Source: Thermodesulfovibrionales bacterium (GTDB lineage: Bacteria; Nitrospirota; Thermodesulfovibrionia; Thermodesulfovibrionales; UBA6898). Taken from it: 62,482 bases of DNA. The translations under genes and the position numbers were made by a program. The stretch covers positions 1 through 62,482 of the forward strand of contig JBIOIY010000010.1 in NCBI GenBank assembly GCA_044450345.1. Direction: 5' to 3'. Numbering within the stretch: position 1 is the stretch's first letter; each line of letters begins with the position of its first letter. Below are positions 55,058 through 62,482 of this stretch, piece by piece. The notes beneath the pieces are model-generated. The model ran no database searches and had not been told where the DNA came from. It saw only the letters and a list, made by a program, of their open reading frames with translations.

Positions 55058-55396
55058 ATGGATATGGGTAAGGAAGGAAGTAAAGACGAGAAGGCGGCAA
55101 ATGCATGGAAGCACTGGAGAGGCGCAATAGTTCCGGCGCTTGCCCTCATCGCTATCGGTGTATTACCGGGCATGTTGAAAGGTCTTTATGAGTCGTATAC
55201 CGATAAGCTTATGCTGGCCTATGTTACTTTCGGCATGCTGTTTACCGTTGCTGTCTTTGGCGGACTTGCGATTATGGTTTTCCGCGATATGTCGACAAGA
55301 CGTCAGAAGGTATTCAGATTAGCTCCGGACGAGCAACCTGTCCGCGAGGCAGATGGTTTAGTGCGGGTGGAAGAAGATCATTCCGAGAACCGGTAG
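55058..55396 (+). CDS. Two-TM hypothetical protein
   Basis: AAGGAG SD and two hydrophobic segments. Confidence 0.65.
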   Translation: MDMGKEGSKDEKAANAWKHWRGAIVPALALIAIGVLPGMLKGLYESYTDKLMLAYVTFGMLFTVAVFGGLAIMVFRDMSTRRQKVFRLAPDEQPVREADGLVRVEEDHSENR

Positions 55397-55448
55397 ACAA
55401 GGGCGGGCGGTTATCGCAAACGCTGAAACCGCGACGCTGTAATGATTC

Positions 55449-55478
55449 AGGGGCCGGGTAATATTCCCGGCCCCTTTT
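55449..55478 (+). terminator. Intrinsic terminator
   Basis: GGGGCCGGG-TAATATT-CCCGGCCCC followed by TTTT. Confidence 0.7.
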
Positions 55479-55539
55479 CGATGCGGCGACTACCTCGCAT
55501 TTTACCAATGAGTTTGAGTTACGGAAGAAGGATACGGCA

Positions 55540-56490
55540 ATGAAATTGTTACTACCGACAGATGGATCCGACTACTCTGAGGGTGCAGCGCGGTTTCTGG
55601 CGCAGCTCGCACTCACCCGGAACGACGAAGTCACAGTCCTTCATGTAATCAGCGGGGTGCCTTTCGCAGATGACGTGGAATCACATTACGCCAGTCTCAA
55701 CCAGACAAAACAAGATATCGCCCCGAAGATCCTCGACTCAACGGTAAATATACTAAAACCCCTGCCTGCAAAAGTCAGCATGGAATCTATGGAGGGATAT
55801 CCTGACAAATCTATCATCGAAGTTGCTGAAACCTCGGGTGTTGACCTGATTGTTATGGGAGCACGGGGATTAAAGGGGATCAAACAGCTTATCGTGGGGA
55901 GTGTGACAAGGTCAGTCGCCATCAACTCTCCCAAAGCGGTCCTAGTGATAAAACCGCCTCAATTTGCGGCTTCGGCTAAGTTGAAAATCCTTTTCGCGAC
56001 CGATGGGTCCGACTGTGCAAAAGCCGCCGGAGCGTTTTTGACATCGATGCCGTTTCACGGGGATTCGGAAATAACCGTCCTGAATGTTGTATGGTCAGCG
56101 GTGTCCGATATACCGGAAAGGCTTTCCCTCGAACTGGGAGAACAAATCAAGGAAAATGTCGCCAGGGCAAGATCGATCGAATATGAAACATCGGAGAAGG
56201 TCCTTGGACCTGCCGTGAAGTATCTTCAGGAAAGGTTCCCGAATGTAAATGGACTGACACGGGTAGGAGACCCTGCGGCAGAGATTCTCTCACTCGCAGA
56301 AGAATCAAAAATGGACATTATTGTGGTGGGATGCAGAGGCCTAAAGGGCGTTAAGGGAATGCTGGGGAGTGTGTCCAGGAACATTCTTATGCATTCCAAG
56401 TGTTCACTTTTGATCGGAAAGAAATGCCCATGCAGAGTAAAGACAGAAAGGCTTTCATTCAATCTGGAAACCTGTCTGTCATTCTCGTAA
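55540..56490 (+). CDS. Tandem universal stress protein
   Basis: Two USP domains (LPTDGS...DLIVMGARG...GSVT and FATDGS...VVGCRG...GSVS). Confidence 0.93.
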   Translation: MKLLLPTDGSDYSEGAARFLAQLALTRNDEVTVLHVISGVPFADDVESHYASLNQTKQDIAPKILDSTVNILKPLPAKVSMESMEGYPDKSIIEVAETSGVDLIVMGARGLKGIKQLIVGSVTRSVAINSPKAVLVIKPPQFAASAKLKILFATDGSDCAKAAGAFLTSMPFHGDSEITVLNVVWSAVSDIPERLSLELGEQIKENVARARSIEYETSEKVLGPAVKYLQERFPNVNGLTRVGDPAAEILSLAEESKMDIIVVGCRGLKGVKGMLGSVSRNILMHSKCSLLIGKKCPCRVKTERLSFNLETCLSFS

Positions 56491-56633
56491 AGTGGCACTC
56501 CCTTCATAAAAATAATGATTAGACCAGGAAGCGAACATTCTATACTGGCAAATGCACAAGCCCCAGATCACTCCTCTCGTGCCGTCTTCAGGCATCTCCC
56601 GGTCGGGACCTTTTCGTAGCCTGTTTCACTTTT

Positions 56634-57212
56634 TCAGCAGAAGTTTTCGGTTACGTAGACCCTCCTGTCATCAGAGAAAGCAACTCCGATCCCTTGTCGT
56701 TTGAAATGGGGAGCCAGGATATTCGCCCTGTGCGCATTGCTGCTCATCCACCGCTTTACTACTGACTCGGCAATCTGGTCTTCCGTTTTCCAGTTGAAAA
56801 ATCTTTCGCCATCTTTATAAATATAAGAGCTGTAGAGATTGTCCTGTGCAATATTTTCTGCACCCAGACAGATAGTGTCACCTGACCTGATACTGCACTC
56901 GAACCCCTCAGCCTTATGCCTGTCATAAAAAGATCCGCCATCAGGGTCATTGTGTGAGAAGAAGTTCCGCTCAGCCATAGCCGTACTGTATTTCCAGGCT
57001 GCCTTGTGCAGTTTTTCGTTCCACGATAGGGCTGACAGCCCCCTTTTCGCTCTTTCTTTATTGACCAGGGCATGTATCTTCTTTTCGATCCGGGTGATAT
57101 CGATATCCGATCCGCCGGAAGATCTGCGAGACAATGCATTCCTCTCCTTGCTTTGCGCTTCGCCCGTGATACAGAGGACACATAAAATGGAAACAACTAT
57201 GATCTTCAACAA
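56634..57212 (-). CDS. CAP (SCP-like) domain secreted protein
   Basis: LVNKERAKRGL..L, NFFSH, AENIA, WMSSNAHRANIL and GIGV. Confidence 0.9.
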   Translation of the reverse strand: MLKIIVVSILCVLCITGEAQSKERNALSRRSSGGSDIDITRIEKKIHALVNKERAKRGLSALSWNEKLHKAAWKYSTAMAERNFFSHNDPDGGSFYDRHKAEGFECSIRSGDTICLGAENIAQDNLYSSYIYKDGERFFNWKTEDQIAESVVKRWMSSNAHRANILAPHFKRQGIGVAFSDDRRVYVTENFC

Positions 57213-57423
57213 GGCTTTTTATTCATGTTCGTATTACAGGACTTATCTCAAGTCGAGCATTCATTGCTCGGTGAATCTGCAGTTTTGAAAAGTATACCAC
57301 AGGAGATGATTTCGAGGGGCACTCAGAAGACTGTAGCGCAACGCCGGCGCTCTCGGCTGCTGGAAAGAGTTCAGCCTCTTTGCCTGCGCTCTGAGGAAAT
57401 GACCGGCCCAGTATCCTCATTGT

Positions 57424-57708
57424 CTAAAATTGCTTTTGCTTCAGTACCAGCCTGATTGCGACATAGGGAAAAAGAAAGAAGATGATGTTGCACATTTTTA
57501 CAAAAGCTATTCCGCAATAGTTGATCAACGCAAATTCATGTCTGGTGATATCGAAAATCTTTGAATGAAGCTCATAGCCCCACTGACTGCTGCCGATCAG
57601 AAAGAAAAAAAACCAAAACAGAACCAAGGCAAAATTCAGGATGAAGCACCTAATGAGAATCTTTGCCGTAACCTCCAGACGATTTTTCAGATCCGTTGAT
57701 TCATTCAT
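57424..57708 (-). CDS. Small membrane protein (DUF6868-like)
   Basis: LIRCFILN...LFWF...HSKIF...NYCGIAFVK..IIFFLFPYVAI. Confidence 0.7.
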   Translation of the reverse strand: MNESTDLKNRLEVTAKILIRCFILNFALVLFWFFFFLIGSSQWGYELHSKIFDITRHEFALINYCGIAFVKMCNIIFFLFPYVAIRLVLKQKQF

Positions 57709-57721
57709 TTCGTGGCCCCCC

Positions 57722-57806
57722 AGTTTGCCTCAGCAACTCAGTGATTAAAATGGTGTCGACTTTTAGCAGGCGCAAGGCTATCGCCGCTCGTTCCAATTTT
57801 CCCAAT
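57722..57806. repeat. ~85-bp direct repeat, copy 1
   Basis: Near-identical to 61477-61560 (shared core CTCAGTGATT.AAATGGTGTCGACTTTTAGCA.GCGCAAGGCTATCGCCGCTCGTTCCAATT). Confidence 0.9.
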
Positions 57807-57823
57807 CGCTACACTGCCAATTC

Positions 57824-58384
57824 TCAGCTGACGCGCTGCAGGACGGCACTCCCGTTTCCGTAATCGATAAATAACTTGTCGCCCTCGATCTTGAATTTGG
57901 CGTTCTCCACGTAGTTCGGAGTACTCAGGATGAGCGTTGATCCAACGATACGATACCGCTCCGTGGTTATTTCAACCTTCCCGTCCATATTCGTCTTTGT
58001 CGTCACAGCGGTCCCGTTATGAGTGAAATATGAAACAACGGACTTGCGGGACTTCTGGGGCTTAGGCACGATGCTGATCACCTGCCAGGTCGTTCCGGCA
58101 AGAGGCCATAACTCCTCTTCGGTTGCATGTTCGCGTTTTTCTGCAGCCTTCTTGTCCTCTTCATTGCCGATGAGATACCCAATCCCGGCGCCAATACCTG
58201 CCCCGAGCAAGGCTGTCGCTCCCCACGACCCGTGCATATTGGCAAGCCCTCCGATGAGAGCGCCCGTTCCTGCTCCCACTGCTGCTCCTCTCTGGCCTTC
58301 CGTAGCACACCCGGCGCCCAGTAATGCGGTAACAACCATTCCGAAGATGCAAATGATACTCACTAACCTTTTGCCTCTCTTCAT
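57824..58384 (-). CDS. Glycine-zipper lipoprotein with a C-terminal beta domain
   Basis: AAAGGAG SD, lipobox GAGC, GAAVGAGTGALIGG...GAGIGAGIGY and LAGTTW. Confidence 0.8.
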   Translation of the reverse strand: MKRGKRLVSIICIFGMVVTALLGAGCATEGQRGAAVGAGTGALIGGLANMHGSWGATALLGAGIGAGIGYLIGNEEDKKAAEKREHATEEELWPLAGTTWQVISIVPKPQKSRKSVVSYFTHNGTAVTTKTNMDGKVEITTERYRIVGSTLILSTPNYVENAKFKIEGDKLFIDYGNGSAVLQRVS

Positions 58385-58774
58385 CTCTGTCTCCTTTCGC
58401 ATAGTCAGCGCATACCTTATTCAAATACAAAATCAATAGAAAACCTGCGGCCTCGCTTACCAAATCTTCTCACGTTATTCCGGAGCCGTCAAGGACACGC
58501 TTCATGAAGGTCTCGTGGACAGATTTACAGCTTCCGGTTACAGAATCATTATTATGGAAAAGCTCGTCCACGCGGGGACTTCAGGAGAAAGAAGTTTGCG
58601 AAGCCCGCCCAGCAGCTCATAATCTGTGAAGTTCTCCCTAAAAAACTTGACATCGTTTTTTTTTATTCTAAAATTAAAATAAATGATACAAGTGGATGAT
58701 ATGAAATATTATTATCAGAACCGTGAAATAAAACCCGGATCTAATGACGACGACGTTCTAGTAAAGAGCAGAAC

Positions 58775-59770
58775 ATGGAGACCACGATGAATCCGCAACA
58801 CAGCACAAAGCTGATTGACTTACAAAAACCAAATCAAATCAGTCCGCAAAGGATGCGGCCTTATCGAGTCAAGCATTTTCTGAGGCAAGGTTCGCTCGCC
58901 ATACTTCTGGCCGTTGCTTGTGCCGTACCGGTCATAGCCGCACCGATCCAGCTGCCGGCGATTGTTGAGCCCGCCAGCCAAGAGCATCATGTCGGCAAAG
59001 TTATATTTGTTGAGTTGGTGACGCCGGACCTCGCCGCCGCCAAAAAGTTCTACGCGGGACTGTTTGGCTGGACATTTCGCGACATTCAGGCCGGTGGGAC
59101 AGCATACGCCGAGGCATTTCTCGACGGTCGTCCGGTCGCGGGACTGATTCACAAGAATGTACCGGCGAGCGAACATCGACGGCCGGCGTGGCTGAGCTTT
59201 TTCGCCGTGGGCAATGTCGACGCAGCAAAAAAGGTTGCTTTGCAAAATGCCGCAAAGGTGCTGTTCGAGCCGCATAGCATCCCTGACCGCGGCCGGGAAG
59301 CAGTATTTGCGGATCCGCAGGGAGCCGTTTTTGCGGTCCTCGCCTCCAGTAGCGGTGATCCGCCCGATGTTCTGGCCTCACCCGGAGAATGGATTTGGAG
59401 CTCGTTAATCACGAGCGATCCGGACACCGATGCGGCTTTCTACCAGAAGCTATTCGATTACGAAGTCTTCGAGTTGCCTGCGCGCGAGGGTAACCAACAT
59501 CTTTTGCTTGCGTCCGACAACTATGCTCGTGCGAGCGTGAATACGCTGCAGCCGAATAGGCCCAATGCCCATCCGCACTGGCTCAATTACGTACGCGTCG
59601 AAGATACGGTCAAGATGGCTGCAAAGGTCGTGGCGCTCGGTGGCCGCGTGCTGGTCGAGCCGTGGATTGATCGCCACGGCGGGAAGGTCGCGGTGGTCGC
59701 CGACCCTTTGGGGGCACCCTTCGGATTGCTTGAATGGCCGGACACTGAGAGTAAAGAGGTGCCCAAGTGA
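58775..59770 (+). CDS. Exported two-domain VOC/glyoxalase protein (start uncertain)
   Basis: ELVTPDLAAAKKFYAGLFGW, WLSFFAV, DPQGAVF and DPLGAPFG. Confidence 0.88.
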   Translation: METTMNPQHSTKLIDLQKPNQISPQRMRPYRVKHFLRQGSLAILLAVACAVPVIAAPIQLPAIVEPASQEHHVGKVIFVELVTPDLAAAKKFYAGLFGWTFRDIQAGGTAYAEAFLDGRPVAGLIHKNVPASEHRRPAWLSFFAVGNVDAAKKVALQNAAKVLFEPHSIPDRGREAVFADPQGAVFAVLASSSGDPPDVLASPGEWIWSSLITSDPDTDAAFYQKLFDYEVFELPAREGNQHLLLASDNYARASVNTLQPNRPNAHPHWLNYVRVEDTVKMAAKVVALGGRVLVEPWIDRHGGKVAVVADPLGAPFGLLEWPDTESKEVPK

Positions 59771-60099
59771 ATATCTCACTCTTACGCCGGTTAGCGCTTG
59801 CCTTCGTGATCTGGACGTTGACGGTCCTGTTGTCCGGCTGCGTCTTAACTGGTGGCGGATACTACGACAGCGGGGACTTTGGGGCGGGTTACTATGAACC
59901 CTCCGGTGTGGAATACGGTGGCTGGGGACCTGGCTACCACGTGGCGCCGTTTCGCGGCGGTGACCATCGCCATGACGGTGACCATCGTCCAACCAGTGGA
60001 AGTGGCCACGCTGCGCGAGCTTACAGACCCGCGCCTGCTTCCCACTCGATGCCGTCTATTCCGTCGAAGCCGCGTTCTGATCGCTCGCGATCACGTTGA
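59767..60099 (+). CDS. Small low-complexity lipoprotein
   Basis: GTGA overlap with the VOC gene, lipobox LSGC, then a Gly/Tyr-rich and Pro/Arg-rich tail. Confidence 0.6.
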   Translation: MNISLLRRLALAFVIWTLTVLLSGCVLTGGGYYDSGDFGAGYYEPSGVEYGGWGPGYHVAPFRGGDHRHDGDHRPTSGSGHAARAYRPAPASHSMPSIPSKPRSDRSRSR

Positions 60100-60507
60100 A
60101 GTGCGGCCGGACAAAGATCTTGGGCAGGAATGAAGGTTGTGATAACACATCCTCATCCTCCTTGTTGGTCTTTTCCCCATGCCCGTGAAGGCCCAACAAC
60201 TAAAAACCCTTTAATTTTCAGGCGGGAAGACACTCTATATGGGCATCAACGGAAAAAAGCCAAATAGGTCGTCGTAACATACTGTTATTATTCATTTTGT
60301 GAGGTGCCTGTTTTTTGGGCAAAAGGTCATTTTTCGCACTGTGTAATATTCCTGTAAAGAACTTATTGGCCTTGCTAACAGTTTATTAACAGCTTTTGTT
60401 TAATTGCAGTGATCTACTGAACTCCCATTTTTTGTTGGTGTTGGCCAGGGCTGGACGATAGGAGCCGCCGGGGACGGTACACTCCTATAAGTAAAATCTA
60501 ATAGTGC

Positions 60508-61215
60508 CTACGCCCTGCTTAAAAACATTCTGGCAAACTCCTTAAGCTCCTCGGGGCCGACTTCGCCCGATGCTGCAAGCTTCCGATATGTGCCAGCCGG
60601 GTCGTCATGGACAACAATGGCGACTCTCTTAACCGCATTTGCAAAGCGGCCTATCCTCTCATCCACTTTTTTGGGAAAGAGAAAAGTCATTAACCTTGTC
60701 AAAAGTCCAACGAAGGCATTGTTGACCTTGATATAGCTAGTGGTCGTTGAGTCTACTGATGCTCCCGCCCCACCGAGACGCTCGGAATACGATGTCATCA
60801 GGACTACATGACCGTTGAACCTCATCTTTAGAATGTCGAAATGGCCCGAAATAAAATAGACCCGCCTGCCCGGGATAGAATTAACGAGTTCCACGTCCCC
60901 CGCCAACCCTGCGGGGTCGTCAACATGGATTAAGCCGTCGGGCCTCACCTCTATTTTGTATAAGTCCAAAGACTGATCGTAGATGTGCGCGAGAACCATG
61001 GAAAGCCGTGGGTGATCCATCAGAAACTCATACTGCCTCAAACTGACCGGCAGACGAGGCAGTTCCGACACGCGGGAAATGGTTGGCTTGGTTATTACCT
61101 CTTTCGCCCTTGGGCCCTTTTTTTCTAGAAGGCTTGATATGTCCGAGGCGTCAATTATCGAGGCCGGTACAAATACAAAAGCAAGCATCAGGCATGTAAT
61201 CCTGAAATAATTCAT
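60508..61215 (-). CDS. Exported hypothetical protein
   Basis: 235-aa ORF with a signal peptide; no motif recognised. Confidence 0.65.
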   Translation of the reverse strand: MNYFRITCLMLAFVFVPASIIDASDISSLLEKKGPRAKEVITKPTISRVSELPRLPVSLRQYEFLMDHPRLSMVLAHIYDQSLDLYKIEVRPDGLIHVDDPAGLAGDVELVNSIPGRRVYFISGHFDILKMRFNGHVVLMTSYSERLGGAGASVDSTTTSYIKVNNAFVGLLTRLMTFLFPKKVDERIGRFANAVKRVAIVVHDDPAGTYRKLAASGEVGPEELKEFARMFLSRA

Positions 61216-61445
61216 GGCATCCGGATAGTGCGTCCGACGACGTCGTATAGGTGGGGCCCGGTACTCTCGACTTCTATAATCAGTATAGTTTTATGCATTC
61301 CCAGTTGAAACATGCACTATTATACTATGCGCTGGAGGTCTCACTTCCAGAAAGGGACCGAAGGATACTGTTTTGACAGACCTTAATCTGGCGCTGCTGA
61401 TGGGTTCAGCGCGATTTCCCACAAAGTAAGGCAAATCTTCTCAAC

Positions 61446-61685
61446 TCATACTACAATGTTATTTATCTCTGCCTTAAGTTTGCTCAGCGACTCAGTGATT
61501 GAAATGGTGTCGACTTTTAGCATGCGCAAGGCTATCGCCGCTCGTTCCAATTGTTCCAATGCCTCTTTAAACTCACCTATATTCTTTTTTACATCCTTGT
61601 CTCTGCACGCCACGCATATCCACGTGCTGCCTATTTCCGCCTAATCTGTTACCTACCCGCAATCACATAACCTCTCGTTTTCCAC
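61446..61685 (-). pseudogene. 79-codon zinc-ribbon/coiled-coil ORF with two in-frame TAG codons
   Basis: GAGGAGGT SD before GTG; reads MENERLCDCG*VTD*AEIGSTWICVACRDKD...LERAAIALRMLKVDTISITESLSKLKAEINNIVV. Confidence 0.65.
61477..61560. repeat. ~85-bp direct repeat, copy 2
   Basis: Near-identical to 57722-57806. Confidence 0.9.
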
Positions 61686-61815
61686 TTGCCTACCTCCTCG
61701 TTCGATATGTGAGGTTTTGTATTGTTGTATTTCCCTCTCGCACTTACCACATCAAATACAAATATGCAAAGCCCGACATTGCCGCTCGACTTCAGGAAGG
61801 CTTTAGGAGAGTCGA

Positions 61816-62025
61816 TTAAAGCTCTTTTTTACCTTTGTAATGGACACTCTTAAAGAACGCGCATTTGGTGCAGTCTTTCAGCTTGATCGCATTTATGCCC
61901 AGGATGCGATCCTTATCTATACAGAATGTCCCCACAACCTCAGCGCATATTTCTCCGTTGTCAGGCCATGCAGGACATCCCCCTTCTTGCCCGCGTCCGC
62001 ATTGCGTAAATTCCCAGCATTTCAT
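61816..62025 (-). CDS. Small Cys-rich two-CW-domain protein
   Basis: AAAGGAG SD; MKCWEFTQCGR...CPAW...C..V.GTFC...C..C.FF. Confidence 0.75.
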   Translation of the reverse strand: MKCWEFTQCGRGQEGGCPAWPDNGEICAEVVGTFCIDKDRILGINAIKLKDCTKCAFFKSVHYKGKKEL

Positions 62026-62482
62026 ATCGAATCTCCTTTTCACGAGGTTTTTACTGGTGCCATCCCTTGCATAGGTTTGAAAAAAAGTTCCTCGCACTCC
62101 TATAACTAAAATCTAATGGATTTAGTTATAGAATGCAAGGGTTACTGACTTTTAGAAGAAATATATTATTGCCTCAGATCTCAGATTGCATGGCTTCAGG
62201 AAGGAAGGTTGCACATAGCTCTATCTATTTTCACGTTGCGTCTTTCGCCCAGAACTATTTACCGCCTTTTTGTTTGATCCACCGACACCCATTTAGAGGA
62301 CAAACACTTATCAGAAATTGAAACAAATGCGGATTTACAAGAGTAGAACGAAACCGCTTCGCGGTAGAGCCTTCCCTCCGGGCTTTATGACAATAACCAT
62401 TTCGTCTTTCTTGGCTTGAGCCTGACACCCTGCCTTTTTTAGTTAGCATAATCTTTTTACAATTTCCTTTTGATGTACCACC

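Noticed and set aside
1179..60133. Numerous antisense and alternate-frame ORFs in the track (e.g. 8343-9281, 17769-18608, 33426-34283, 36206-37009)
   Set aside because: They are shadows of well-supported genes in GC-rich DNA, with no motifs or translation signals.
62321..62440. Structured ncRNA at the window end
   Set aside because: Only short hairpins, no recognisable family, and the context is cut by the window edge.

Overview
Bacterial chromosomal segment, mostly GC-rich and anaerobe-like. Gene content suggests Nitrospirota (Thermodesulfovibrionia-like) or a deltaproteobacterium; that is inference only. From left to right it holds: the non-coding end of a probable IS110-family element (1-318); a complete minus-strand type II secretion operon gspC-N (980-12688); and, divergent from it, a Geobacter OmbB/OmaB/OmcB-like porin-cytochrome conduit (porin, 9-heme periplasmic cytochrome, two tandem 11-heme lipoproteins; 13109-19946). 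Next come moeA, a formyltransferase, a deacetylase, a c-di-GMP-I riboswitch ahead of a small unknown gene, moeA-PBP, a RACo-like ASKHA ATPase, hemH, hemY, a cyclophilin, ilvD, and rpsO-pnp-M16 peptidase. A small cassette-like island follows, with a RelE/HTH toxin-antitoxin pair ending in an integron attC site. Then a TPR-pseudokinase, a B12 radical SAM, pgi, hemB, HesB, a split three-gene glutamate synthase, and an accessory tail of small genes and pseudogenes. The most notable observations are: (1) the T2SS sits back-to-back with an extracellular-electron-transfer conduit; (2) the secretin GspD ends in a subtilase-prodomain-like domain; (3) several families of nested palindromic and heptameric mini-repeats are inserted in-frame into the cleavable leader peptides of pseudopilins GspK, GspI and probably GspH, and into a HemH loop; (4) there is a solo attC cassette, a group IIC intron 5' stub after a terminator, and many leaderless-type gene starts. 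All calls come from reading the sequence and recalled family motifs; no searches were run.
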